Positions 47,623 to 56,694 of a stretch of 64,000 bases of DNA are shown here, piece by piece; position 1 is the stretch's first letter, and every line of letters begins with the position of its first letter. Where the stretch lies: positions 87,266 through 151,265 of the forward strand of contig JACPWO010000001.1 in assembly GCA_016197005.1 (NCBI GenBank), written 5' to 3'. Source of the DNA: Candidatus Anderseniibacteriota bacterium. Its GTDB lineage: Bacteria; Patescibacteriota; Andersenbacteria; UBA10190. A program made the position numbers and the translations under genes. A model generated the notes under the pieces. It did no database searches, was not told the origin of the DNA, and saw only the letters and a program-made list of their open reading frames with translations.

Positions 47623-47663
47623 CCCTTTGTCAACAGGTTTTGGCAGTTTGTGTAAAAACCTTC

Positions 47664-47691
47664 TTGACCTTGCCACCCAATTGGCTAAACT
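47664..47691 (+). promoter_or_regulatory. candidate promoter upstream of greA (TTGACC-16-TAAACT)
   Basis: Hexamers at 47664-47669 and 47686-47691. A small GCAC/GTGC hairpin with TTTTATTT follows in the leader. Confidence 0.3.
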
Positions 47692-47739
47692 ACTTTTCAC
47701 TGCACGGATGTAGTGCGGTTTTATTTACGAATATTACCT

Positions 47740-48195
47740 ATGAAAGAGCAGTATCTTACAAAAGAAGGATTGACTGAAATTAGAGACCGGCTTCATACCT
47801 TAAAAACGGTACGACGTCGCGAAATTGCCGATGCCATTCACACTGCTAAAGAACAGGGAGATCTGTCCGAAAACGCTGAATATGCCAGCGCCAAGGAAGA
47901 ACAAACAAAACTCGAGCAGGAAATTGCTGCCATTGAAGACACCTTGAAACATGCACAGGTTATTGCTAAAGGAACGGATGGCGAAGTTGGTATTGGTAAT
48001 ACCGTAACGCTTAAATGGGGTCGTGCCGAAAAAGTCTTTCGCATTGTTGGTTCGAACGAGGCTAACCCACTTGAAGGAAAGATCAGTAACGAATCTCCAA
48101 TCGGTCAGGCACTCATTGGCCGTAAAAAGGGTGAGGCAGTTAGCATTCCAACACCAAGCGGCGAAAAAGAATGCATCGTTAAAGCCATCGCCTAA
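47740..48195 (+). CDS. greA: transcription elongation factor GreA
   Basis: Coiled-coil N-domain (LTKEGLTEIRDRLHTLKTVRRREI...DLSENAEY) and an FKBP-like C-domain. ATG at 47740 preferred. Confidence 0.85.
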   Translation: MKEQYLTKEGLTEIRDRLHTLKTVRRREIADAIHTAKEQGDLSENAEYASAKEEQTKLEQEIAAIEDTLKHAQVIAKGTDGEVGIGNTVTLKWGRAEKVFRIVGSNEANPLEGKISNESPIGQALIGRKKGEAVSIPTPSGEKECIVKAIA

Positions 48196-48222
48196 GCTTG
48201 CTTAATCTACAAAAGGAGTAAC

Positions 48223-48253
48223 GTACCGTCGCAAACGGTACTTTTCTCTTTTT
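48223..48253 (+). terminator. rho-independent terminator
   Basis: Perfect 7-bp stem GTACCGT-cgcaa-ACGGTAC followed by TTTTCTCTTTTT. Confidence 0.65.
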
Positions 48254-48276
48254 GTGTTTCGCTTTACGCTTCCTAC

Positions 48277-49743
48277 ATGGCTTTAGAGCGATTGGAAGAA
48301 ATTCGCGATCTGCGACTTAAAAAACGACAACAGCTTATTGCAGCTGGAAAACCACCATACCCATCAGAGGCCAGACGTACCCACACGGTAGCGGAAGCTC
48401 TGAAAAATTTTAGCAGTCTTTCTACCGACAAACAGGCAATCATGCTGACTGGTCGAGTGATGGCAGTGCGAGCCCATGGCGGCGTGATTTTTATTGATCT
48501 TCATGATCAATCTGGAGCAATACAACTCCAAGCCAACAAGAAGACGCTGGCAGAAGCAGAGTTCTCACAAGTAAAAGCGCTGGATAGCGGTGACTTTGTG
48601 CAAGTGGCCGGCTTCTTAACAAAGACCCAACGCGGAGTTGAAACGGTAGAAATAACGGAAATAACCCTTATTAGCAAAGCGATTCGACCACTGCCAGATA
48701 ATTGGTATGGTTTAAAGGATATTGAAACGCGGTATCGCCAACGAGAAGTAGACTTGCTCATGAACCCCGCCGTTCGTTCAGTGTTTGAAACAAAGGCGAA
48801 AACTATTTCTGCTTTGCGTGCGTATTTAGAAAAAGAAGGATTTACTGAAGTTGAAACTCCAGTACTACAATCAATCGCTGGTGGCGCAGCAGCTAAACCA
48901 TTCACGACTCATCATAATGCCTTGGATATGTCACTGACTCTGCGCATTGCTCCCGAGTTGTATCTAAAACGTCTGCTGGTCGGTGGATTTGAGAAAGTGT
49001 ATGAAATTGGACGTAATTTTCGCAATGAAGGTATTAGTCGACAGCACAATCCTGAATTTACGATGCTTGAATTCTACTGGGCTTATGCCGATTACGAAGA
49101 CTTAATGGATTTTACCGAACACTTGCTACAAACAATTACGAAGGCGATCACGGGCAACATGGAAACGGCCTGGCAGGATACTCAGCTAAATTGGAAATCT
49201 ATTACTCGTCAACGCTACGTTGATATTGTAAGTGACAGGCTAGACCTTAACATTCTGGAAGAGAAAGATCCAAATGCATACCTAGAAATTTTCAAACGAG
49301 AAGGCCTAGAAGCACCAACTGTTCGGACGTATGCAAAAGTGGTTGATGAGCTGTACAAAGCGCTCGTTCGTCCTGGAATTGTCCAGCCAACTATATTATA
49401 TGATTACCCCGTAGAAATGGTCCCCCTGGCAAAAACTTCGCTCGCTGATAGTCGGATAGCAGAAATGTTTCAACTAGTAGTAGCTGGAACCGAACTAGTA
49501 AAAGCTTACAGTGAGCTTAATGATCCTGTCATTCAGCGGGAACGGTTTGAAGAACAGCAAAAGGCACGCGCGGCGGGAGATGAGGAAATGCCACCTATTG
49601 ATGAAAGTTATATTCGCGCCTTGGAATATGGTATGCCGCCAGCTGGTGGATTGGGATTAGGTGTTGATCGACTGATTATGCTACTCACCAACACCTCAAA
49701 CCTGCGCGACACTATTTTATTCCCGCTTCTTAAGAATGAATAG
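48277..49743 (+). CDS. lysS: lysine--tRNA ligase (class II)
   Basis: N-terminal OB anticodon-binding domain and class II motifs (RYRQREVDLLMNP, FRNEGIS, GGLGLGVDRL). Confidence 0.9.
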   Translation: MALERLEEIRDLRLKKRQQLIAAGKPPYPSEARRTHTVAEALKNFSSLSTDKQAIMLTGRVMAVRAHGGVIFIDLHDQSGAIQLQANKKTLAEAEFSQVKALDSGDFVQVAGFLTKTQRGVETVEITEITLISKAIRPLPDNWYGLKDIETRYRQREVDLLMNPAVRSVFETKAKTISALRAYLEKEGFTEVETPVLQSIAGGAAAKPFTTHHNALDMSLTLRIAPELYLKRLLVGGFEKVYEIGRNFRNEGISRQHNPEFTMLEFYWAYADYEDLMDFTEHLLQTITKAITGNMETAWQDTQLNWKSITRQRYVDIVSDRLDLNILEEKDPNAYLEIFKREGLEAPTVRTYAKVVDELYKALVRPGIVQPTILYDYPVEMVPLAKTSLADSRIAEMFQLVVAGTELVKAYSELNDPVIQRERFEEQQKARAAGDEEMPPIDESYIRALEYGMPPAGGLGLGVDRLIMLLTNTSNLRDTILFPLLKNE

Positions 49744-49745
49744 CC

Positions 49746-50999
49746 ATGATTGATATTGAAGCAATTCGATCTACCACTGAGGCGGTTGCAAAAAACTTAG
49801 CTCGACGAGGCGTGCCCAAAGAGCAGGTTGAGGCACTGGCTGCTTTGGATACGAAATGGCGTCGTTTAACCGAATCGACTGATGCGCTGCGTTCCCAGCA
49901 AAACGTTGCTAACAAAGAAATCTCGGCAGCATCTGGTGAGGAGCGACAAAAACTTATCACCACTATGAAAACAGCAGCACAGGAGCTTAAGCAAACTGAG
50001 AATGAACTTCAACAGGTGGCGGCTGACCGCCTATCCGCCTGGCGACAACTACCAAACCTCGTAGCGGATGATGTTCCTGAAGGCGGTGAACAAGATTTTG
50101 CTGTTGTTACAGAAGTTGGGTCACCCGCGCAGGATAAACAACGAAAACATTACTTAGATCTTGTTCCTTCTCTCGTTGACCTTGATCGAGCCGCCAAAGT
50201 CTCTGGCAGTCGATTCGTCTATCTCAAAGGTCAGCTCGCCCGACTGGAGTTTGCCCTTGTTTCATACGCAATGGATGTTCTAAGCGAGAAGGGTTTTACT
50301 CCCGTTGTTCCGCCTGTGCTTCTGAAAGAAGAGGCAATGGCGGGCATGGGATACCTTGATCACGATGGCGATGAAATCTACCGCACTCAAGACGACCTGT
50401 ATTTAGCCGGAACGAGCGAGCAGCCAATTGGTGCCATGCATAGTGATGAAATACTGGACCTTGCGGCGCTACCAGCCCGCTATGTTGGTTTCTCTACGTG
50501 TTTTCGTCGCGAAGCCGGCAGTCACGGCAAAGACGTACGCGGCATGCTACGTGTACATCAGTTTGATAAGGTAGAAATGTTTAGCCTAACGACACCAGAC
50601 AAATCTACTGAGGAACATGAATTTATTCTGGAAATGCAGCGCGCGCTGCTCAATAGCCTGCAATTACCATACCGCGTTATCAACATTGCGACCGGTGACT
50701 TGGGAGCTCCCGCCACGAAGAAATATGATATTGAAACGTGGCTACCCGGAGAAGGAGTCTACCGTGAGACAAATTCAGCGAGTAACACCACTGATTATCA
50801 ATCCCGTCGTTTAAATATTAGGTACCGTACTGGGGAAGGAAAGAAACAATACGTTCATATGTTAAACGGTACTGCGTTTGCAATCGGGCGTATATTGATT
50901 GCACTGACCGAAAACCATCAGCAAGCCGACGGTTCCATTGTTATTCCTGAAGCCCTGCATCCGTATCTGCCGTTTACCTCTATTGCTGCTCCCGAGTAA
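49746..50999 (+). CDS. serS: serine--tRNA ligase
   Basis: N-terminal coiled-coil arm and class II core (FRREAGSHGKDVRGMLRVHQF, TWLPGEGVYRETNSASN). Confidence 0.9.
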   Translation: MIDIEAIRSTTEAVAKNLARRGVPKEQVEALAALDTKWRRLTESTDALRSQQNVANKEISAASGEERQKLITTMKTAAQELKQTENELQQVAADRLSAWRQLPNLVADDVPEGGEQDFAVVTEVGSPAQDKQRKHYLDLVPSLVDLDRAAKVSGSRFVYLKGQLARLEFALVSYAMDVLSEKGFTPVVPPVLLKEEAMAGMGYLDHDGDEIYRTQDDLYLAGTSEQPIGAMHSDEILDLAALPARYVGFSTCFRREAGSHGKDVRGMLRVHQFDKVEMFSLTTPDKSTEEHEFILEMQRALLNSLQLPYRVINIATGDLGAPATKKYDIETWLPGEGVYRETNSASNTTDYQSRRLNIRYRTGEGKKQYVHMLNGTAFAIGRILIALTENHQQADGSIVIPEALHPYLPFTSIAAPE

Positions 51000-51041
51000 A
51001 CTCCTAGTTACGATTTAAGCGTAAGTCGTTACTATACGTAC

Positions 51042-51845
51042 ATGTCCTCTATGCGTGGGCGCCTCCGCCTCTTAAAGCCAAAGATTCTGGAATGGCTATC
51101 CGTTGTGTTACTGGCGGCTCTCATTATTGTGCCACTGTCTATTCTGTCGTGGCTCATATTTTTCACTAATACCTTTATTATCCAAACGGTAACGGTTGTT
51201 GATGCTCGAGATCACACGGCCGAGAAAATTCAGCAGGAGACAAGTTCACTTATCGGAAAAAACATCTTACTCATTCAACCAGAAATAATTGAGCAGTCAC
51301 TGGCTGACTCTATCTTTCAAATTCATAATATTCGGGTTGTACGCAAACTGCCCAGTGCGTTAAAAGTTGTTGTGCAAGAAAAGCAACCGTCTCTTCTTCT
51401 TTTGTCCGGCGGTAAGTACCACTTCATAGATCGACAGGGAATTGCGTACGAGGAAGCTCAACTAGATACGCTGCCAGGTATAGTATTACCAACGATTAAA
51501 AATACCGGTGAACACAGTAACGTCGTTTTAGGAACAGCAGCGGTTAGTGAGCCGTTTGTAACATTTATTTTGGAAGCGCAGAAAAGTTTACCCGGTGCCA
51601 CTAAGGCGCAAATAGCAGAAATTCGCATTCCGTCGCTGTCAGCTCGAGAAGTACATATTCTTCTCGATACCAACTGGCTCATTCGCTTTGATACCAGTCG
51701 GCCACTGGAAAGTCAGCTAAACGTATTACAGCGCTTACTGGAGCACACAATACCAGCAGAAAGTCACAACCAAATTGAATATATTGATTTGCGGATTCCA
51801 AACCGTGTGTACTACAAACTCCGTAACGCTCCCTTAACTCTGTAG
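51042..51845 (+). CDS. ftsQ: cell division protein FtsQ/DivIB-like (POTRA domain)
   Basis: Single N-terminal TM helix followed by a POTRA-like block (IQTVTVVDARDHTAEKI...IHNIRVVRKLPSALKVVVQEKQP). Confidence 0.6.
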   Translation: MSSMRGRLRLLKPKILEWLSVVLLAALIIVPLSILSWLIFFTNTFIIQTVTVVDARDHTAEKIQQETSSLIGKNILLIQPEIIEQSLADSIFQIHNIRVVRKLPSALKVVVQEKQPSLLLLSGGKYHFIDRQGIAYEEAQLDTLPGIVLPTIKNTGEHSNVVLGTAAVSEPFVTFILEAQKSLPGATKAQIAEIRIPSLSAREVHILLDTNWLIRFDTSRPLESQLNVLQRLLEHTIPAESHNQIEYIDLRIPNRVYYKLRNAPLTL

Positions 51846-51850
51846 ATAAG

Positions 51851-51878
51851 TTGACAAGAGACCGATTATGCGTATAAT
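51851..51878 (+). promoter_or_regulatory. consensus sigma70 promoter (TTGACA-16-TATAAT)
   Basis: Perfect hexamers at 51851-51856 and 51873-51878, with TG two nt upstream of the -10. Confidence 0.6.
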
Positions 51879-51884
51879 GTAAGG

Positions 51885-52233
51885 ACAAATTTGTTCTTCT
51901 CATTAGGTGAGGAGAGGATGTTTAGGGCTTCCTAACATCTCTCCCTGGAGGGAAGATGGGCGGCGAGTGGATCCGCTTTAGTAGCCCAGATACTCTTCTC
52001 CTCACCCTTACCTTCATCGACCTGCGTTGTATAATCTGTAAAACTCCCTTCAGGTGTTGCAACGCAAGGGCGACTTCTATACCCGTATGAGTGCGGTCAA
52101 TCCTTTTCATTGGCGGATCATCCAATTCCATTCCCATTAATCCGCCCTACTCATACGGTTCTTCCCTCGCCTCGCTGGCAATCTCACACTAACCCTTCTC
52201 GGAAGTGCGACCAGCGAGGCTCTTTCTTTTTTT
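51885..52233 (+). ncRNA. candidate ~340-nt structured non-coding RNA of unknown class (or a 44-aa Cys-rich peptide)
   Basis: Perfect promoter upstream and a strong terminator downstream, with no plus-strand ORF of 60 aa or more. Several nested stems, for example CCGTATGAGT(52084-52093)/ACTCATACGG(52152-52161) enclosing GGCGGAT/ATCCGCC, and GGTGAGGAGAG.../...CTCTTCTCCTCACC. Confidence 0.4.
52169..52233 (+). terminator. rho-independent terminator
   Basis: GCCTCGCTGG (52169-52178) pairs with CCAGCGAGGC (52211-52220), followed by TCTTTCTTTTTTT. Confidence 0.65.
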
Positions 52234-53740
52234 AACGCTGAATTTTTCTTACAAATACTTCTCCCTGATACGTGAATACTTCGGGAAATGTCTTTTCTTC
52301 AATGACTCTCCAGTTGATAGGAAGTGGCAACTTAGTTCCACCAAAACCCGATGTTTCAACTAATGTCATGTTTTGTATATTTGGCTGATCGAACACACTC
52401 GGTCCAATAATATCTTGATCAGTTAGGATTGGTCCTCCTTCAAAGTGAGCTAACTGACCGGTTTCTGAATACAACTTTGCTTCAGTAGTATTACCGTATT
52501 CTTCTTGAAGATAGTGAATAACGGCAAAATAAATAAAAGGAGAGGTGACAACAACGGGTCCTTCGTCATGTACCTGGAAAGCATACGTTGTAGCGGCATG
52601 CGCTCCTGGTTTGTTTTCTATATCTAGTTCCTGCCAGAATCCCCAATACGTCGTAAGAAGTAAAAGAATAGTTACCGCAGAAGCCCAGGGATACCAGCGA
52701 CGAGGCAGCTGCGCTAGTAACATCGCTAAAGCAATAAAGATAAAGATGTTAGCGAATACGAGGAAGCGATCTTGGTATAAGCTCTGGCCGACAAAGGAAA
52801 TAGCAATAGCCAGTAGAAATGGCACAAACCCCAGAATAACCACAAACCATTTTGCATCTCGCGCGTGCCGACCAGCAAGTACAATTCCCCAGCCTATAAT
52901 TGTGAAGATAATAGGAAGACTCGTCAGAAAAATACCAATGCCTGCATGAGAAGGAATTCCCGAAGTCGGTACGTACATTCGGTAGAAAGTATCCGGAATA
53001 GACCACCCACCAATCGGAGGCACCCAGTAGCTTTGTTGTACTTGAGAATTTTGAGTGATGAATGTCGGTATCCACGGAAGATAGAAACCAATTACCAAGA
53101 TGGCAGCACCCAGGGCGGACCAGAGGAGAGGGGACTGCAGCATTTCACCCACGCGCCAACGTGTTCTCATGATAAGTGCTGCGAGAACAAATAAGCCGTG
53201 AGCAAAGAGCGTAAAAAAAGCAAAGTAATGGGTGTAAGCAAATGCCGCCGCAACTATGCTATATAAGGCCCATAGGTACAGATTCTGCCGACGAACTGCT
53301 TTTAAGAGGAGCCAGGAAGAAATGAGAGCAAGAAAAGTTCCTAAGGTATACATGCGGGCTTCCCAGGCAAACGCAGCTTGCCAGCCAGATGCGGCCAGCA
53401 GGGCGGCTGCGACTACACCAACGGAACGGCGACCAGTAGCGGTCGTTGTAAATAGATAAGCAGCGAGAAGCGTTGCACCAGCCAGCGTGACCGAAAAGGA
53501 GCGCAGCCCCACTAGTGAGGTACCAAATATTTCAGTCCAACCTCGTAGAATCACGTAGTACAGCGGGGGATGAACATCAGTTGCTGCCCGGGCAATCATT
53601 TCCGAAAAGGGAAATTCTACGAGCCGCCAGGAAAATGCTTCATCAAACCACAAACTTCGGGCAGTGAGGTGCCATGAACGCAGCGCCACCCCGCTCGCAA
53701 CAACAAGAATGAGAATCCAAATCGCTGTTTTCCGTTTCAT
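52232..53740 (-). CDS. glycosyltransferase family 39/83 (PMT/ArnT-like polytopic membrane glycosyltransferase)
   Basis: N-terminus LRSWHLTARSLWFDEAFSW with a DE motif in the first loop, and more than ten TM helices. Confidence 0.7.
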   Translation of the reverse strand: MKRKTAIWILILVVASGVALRSWHLTARSLWFDEAFSWRLVEFPFSEMIARAATDVHPPLYYVILRGWTEIFGTSLVGLRSFSVTLAGATLLAAYLFTTTATGRRSVGVVAAALLAASGWQAAFAWEARMYTLGTFLALISSWLLLKAVRRQNLYLWALYSIVAAAFAYTHYFAFFTLFAHGLFVLAALIMRTRWRVGEMLQSPLLWSALGAAILVIGFYLPWIPTFITQNSQVQQSYWVPPIGGWSIPDTFYRMYVPTSGIPSHAGIGIFLTSLPIIFTIIGWGIVLAGRHARDAKWFVVILGFVPFLLAIAISFVGQSLYQDRFLVFANIFIFIALAMLLAQLPRRWYPWASAVTILLLLTTYWGFWQELDIENKPGAHAATTYAFQVHDEGPVVVTSPFIYFAVIHYLQEEYGNTTEAKLYSETGQLAHFEGGPILTDQDIIGPSVFDQPNIQNMTLVETSGFGGTKLPLPINWRVIEEKTFPEVFTYQGEVFVRKIQR

Positions 53741-53814
53741 AGTGAGAGATATTCGAAGTTTGTGCTTTAATTATTGTGTAGTATTCTAAGACCATACCAC
53801 AAACAAACACTCAT

Positions 53815-54345
53815 ATGCCGCTCGATTCGCGTACATTAGCGCTCATAAAACAACGTTTAGACGATGCCGAACGTAACGTTCAGTATGTTCGTCAGGCACT
53901 TGAAGAAATGTTGGGGGAGGGTGGAGAAATAGTATCTATACCTACTGCCACAGCTTCTGAAGCGGCTCCAGTTAGCGAACGAGTAATCGAAGGCGTCTTT
54001 GATGGTCAAAATATGCAAGGTAATGATGGTGAAGAATATCCCGTACCACCGAATTATGCTTCAAAATCTAAGCTCGTCGAAGGAGACGTGCTAAAGCTCA
54101 CGATTGGCACTGATGGCTCTTTCATTTACAAGCAAATTAACCCGGTGGAGCGTAGACGCGTTGTCGGCACACTTGTTGTTGACGAACAAGGAAATTTCGG
54201 AGTACAAGCACCAGATAAAACATACAAGATTCTCCTCGCGAGCATTACCTTTTACCGCGCTAGCGAAGGTGATGAAGTAACGGTGCTGCTCCCGGAACAC
54301 GGAGAAGCAGAATGGGGAGCAGTTGAAAACGTAATTCATAAATAG
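53815..54345 (+). CDS. hypothetical protein (176 aa)
   Basis: ORF divergent from the GT39 gene. No motifs recognised. Confidence 0.4.
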   Translation: MPLDSRTLALIKQRLDDAERNVQYVRQALEEMLGEGGEIVSIPTATASEAAPVSERVIEGVFDGQNMQGNDGEEYPVPPNYASKSKLVEGDVLKLTIGTDGSFIYKQINPVERRRVVGTLVVDEQGNFGVQAPDKTYKILLASITFYRASEGDEVTVLLPEHGEAEWGAVENVIHK

Positions 54346-54350
54346 TTCAT

Positions 54351-54845
54351 ATGCTTTCTTCTTTGGCGTTGCGCTTCGTAGCGCTTTTTCCACCACACCT
54401 TCAAAACACGGCGAAGCAATTTATTAAATTTGGTGTTGTTGGTGTTATTGGTGCAGTAGTAGATTTTGGCAGCTACAACATTATGACGCGAGGACTGGAT
54501 TGGAATTCCATTTTCCTTGTTGCTGGATACGAAATTATTGCCGCTAACTTAGTCAGTGTGTTCCTGGCGATTATGAGTAACTTCGTCCTCAACAAGTACT
54601 GGACATTTGAGGATTCGAAAGGTCCAGTGGTAAAACAGTGGTCTGGATATTTTCTCCTGAATGCCGTCACCTTTGTTCTCAACCAAATTTTGACCTCATT
54701 TTTCACTTTCCGCGTACCCCTCATCGAGGCTTTCTTCGGCAGTCAGAAAGACAATGCTGCCAAAGCGCTGGCGATTGGCTTTATTCTCTTCATTAACTTC
54801 GCCGGTTCGAAATTCTTGATTTTTCGACGGCGTACGTCACGATAA
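54351..54845 (+). CDS. GtrA-family small membrane protein
   Basis: FIKFGVVGVIGAVVDFGSYN N-terminal signature and four TM helices. Commonly partnered with GT2/GT39 enzymes. Confidence 0.65.
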   Translation: MLSSLALRFVALFPPHLQNTAKQFIKFGVVGVIGAVVDFGSYNIMTRGLDWNSIFLVAGYEIIAANLVSVFLAIMSNFVLNKYWTFEDSKGPVVKQWSGYFLLNAVTFVLNQILTSFFTFRVPLIEAFFGSQKDNAAKALAIGFILFINFAGSKFLIFRRRTSR

Positions 54846-54850
54846 ATAGC

Positions 54851-56257
54851 GTGTCGCTCTATCGGACATATCGGCCAAAAACCTTTGGCGAAGTCGTAGG
54901 TCAGCCCCACGTCGTGGGGGCCTTACAGTCGGCTATTTCTTCTAATCGGGTAAGTCACGCCTATCTCTTCCAGGGCCCACGCGGTACGGGAAAAACAACC
55001 GTAGCTCGTCTACTGGCGAAAGCAGTTGGCGCTTCTGGCCTAGATATCACCGAAATAGATGCAGCGAGCAATCGCGGCATTGATGATGTGCGGGCACTAC
55101 GGGAGAGTGTTTTGACCTCTCCGACTGGAGGGAAATACAAAGTATATATTATTGACGAGGTGCACATGCTTACCGGCGAGGCATTCGCCGCGCTTCTTAA
55201 AACCTTAGAGGAGCCCGTCGCTCACGCTATTTTTATTCTCGCCACCACTGAGCTACATAAAGTTCCAGATACAATAAAATCGCGCTGCCAAGTGTTCCGA
55301 TTCCGCCGAGCGTCTGCTGATGAAATGCGCGGACGCCTCTCGCATATTCTCAAAGCAGAAAAACAGAAAGTAGGGGACGATATTCTTTCCTTTATTATTA
55401 GTCGGAGTGACGGCTGTTATCGCGACGCCGAATCTCTGCTCGGACAAATTCTGACGCTTAAAACAGAGACAGATTCATTGGGGGAGATGATGGAACTTCT
55501 TGGTATGCCATCGCCGGAACTTGTTTCCAATTTTCTCTCTACCCTTATTAGCGGAGATGCAGCTGGAGCACTGGAGACAGCTCAAACAGCATACGAACGA
55601 GGATACGATCCAGAGCTTTTCATTGAAGAATCTATTCGCACTGCCCGTGATCGGGCAATTACCGAAACGAAAGCCGGGGGCACCTCAAAAAATCTCCCGC
55701 TCATTATCCGTAACCTCGTTCAAGCCAAACAAGATTTGGCGTATGTGCCCCAGCCCTTGATTGCACTGCAGTTAGCCATCCTTAATTCCGTTCCTATCCG
55801 CGGAAACAATCTGCCTACAGCTCCAGTTGCAACCAGTAAGATGAACACTCCACCGATCAAAACAGCGCCTATTAAGAAAGTAACCCCGGTAAAGGAAAAA
55901 GCAGCTCCTATAGTTTCCACGTCGGTTATTGCACTAGAACAAATTCAATCTGCCTGGCCTTCCGTTATTGAAGCAATGAAACCAAAAAGCCCGGCTGCCT
56001 CAACATTTTTACGAGCAATGGAGGCACAAAGTATTAGTGGCAGCACTCTCGTGATTGCTGCACAGTATGCACTCCACCGTAATTTCTTTGAAAAGCCAGA
56101 TAATAAGCAGTTGCTTACTACGATATTAAGCGATCAACTAAAAGCTGACTTAGAAGTACGAATTGCACTCGAAAGTTCAGGGAAGGCACCGGCTACGAAT
56201 GGACGAGCTCAAGCTGAAGCTCAACTTTTACAGAATGTTCAGGAAATATTTAGATAA
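54851..56257 (+). CDS. dnaX: DNA polymerase III subunit gamma/tau
   Basis: YRPKTFGEVVGQ, P-loop GPRGTGKTT, DEVHML, and the SRC sensor (KSRCQ). Confidence 0.85.
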   Translation: MSLYRTYRPKTFGEVVGQPHVVGALQSAISSNRVSHAYLFQGPRGTGKTTVARLLAKAVGASGLDITEIDAASNRGIDDVRALRESVLTSPTGGKYKVYIIDEVHMLTGEAFAALLKTLEEPVAHAIFILATTELHKVPDTIKSRCQVFRFRRASADEMRGRLSHILKAEKQKVGDDILSFIISRSDGCYRDAESLLGQILTLKTETDSLGEMMELLGMPSPELVSNFLSTLISGDAAGALETAQTAYERGYDPELFIEESIRTARDRAITETKAGGTSKNLPLIIRNLVQAKQDLAYVPQPLIALQLAILNSVPIRGNNLPTAPVATSKMNTPPIKTAPIKKVTPVKEKAAPIVSTSVIALEQIQSAWPSVIEAMKPKSPAASTFLRAMEAQSISGSTLVIAAQYALHRNFFEKPDNKQLLTTILSDQLKADLEVRIALESSGKAPATNGRAQAEAQLLQNVQEIFR

Positions 56258-56460
56258 TACGTTTATCGAAGGAGAAATTACGTAATCCGGAAATTCCTCT
56301 ATAAGTGGCTCTTTCAAAAAATCGTATTTTTTACCAAAAGGCTTAAACTTCATTTTTGTATATATCTTATTAACAGTGTTCGCCACTATGGTCTAGAACC
56401 TTACTTTAGGGTTTTGAGAGGCCTTTGGCAAAGCCTTTGAGGGGTTTTGAGGACGAAATA

Positions 56461-56635
56461 TGTTACAGGATGTTACACCATAAAAGGATGATTTCTGTAA
56501 CATTTACAGAATAAACGGAACAAATGGGACACCTAAAAAAGAGTTGGTCTACTGTTCCGTTTGCTATTTCTAAGCTTTTGTAGCCTAGTAAAATGTTACA
56601 AATGTTACAGATTTTTGAGGTGTTGGACTGTAACA
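56461..56635. repeat. cluster of six TGTTACA/TGTAACA heptamers
   Basis: TGTTACA at 56461, 56471, 56594 and 56603, and TGTAACA at 56496 and 56629. GTTTTGAG direct repeats lie just upstream at 56411-56455. Confidence 0.5.
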
Positions 56636-56643
56636 TTCCGCCC

Positions 56644-56694
56644 AAAATGAGACAGTCTGAGACACTATAAAAAGAGCCGTCTCGTGTCTCATTT
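56644..56694. terminator. bidirectional terminator-like inverted repeat
   Basis: AAAATGAGACA...TGTCTCATTTT perfect 11-nt arms with an inner GAGAC/GTCTC extension. Overlaps the stop of the minus-strand small gene. Confidence 0.5.

Noticed and set aside
51922-52137. 71-aa minus-strand ORF inside the candidate ncRNA locus
   Set aside because: No promoter or SD on the minus strand. It lies antisense to the strongly structured plus-strand region bounded by a perfect promoter and terminator.
51885-52233. Identification of the structured RNA as tmRNA, RNase P RNA, SRP RNA or 6S RNA
   Set aside because: No tRNA-like 3' end or CCA-proximal T-arm. No GGAAAGUCCGGGC or ACAGAAACCCGGCUUA P4 motifs. No domain-IV GGAAGCAGCC-like block. 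Length and shape are wrong for 6S. Left as an unknown class.
56221-56353. 44-aa minus-strand ORF overlapping the dnaX 3' end
   Set aside because: No SD, overlaps the dnaX stop region, and has no recognisable features.
56495-56509. LexA/SOS-box-like CTGTAACATTTACAG
   Set aside because: CTGT-N7-ACAG rather than N8. It is one of several TGTAACA-type repeats, and no gene lies downstream in either direction.
56461-56635. Possible CRISPR array
   Set aside because: The repeats are 7-nt motifs with irregular spacing and mixed orientation. No repeat of 25 nt or more, no spacer periodicity, and no cas genes adjacent.
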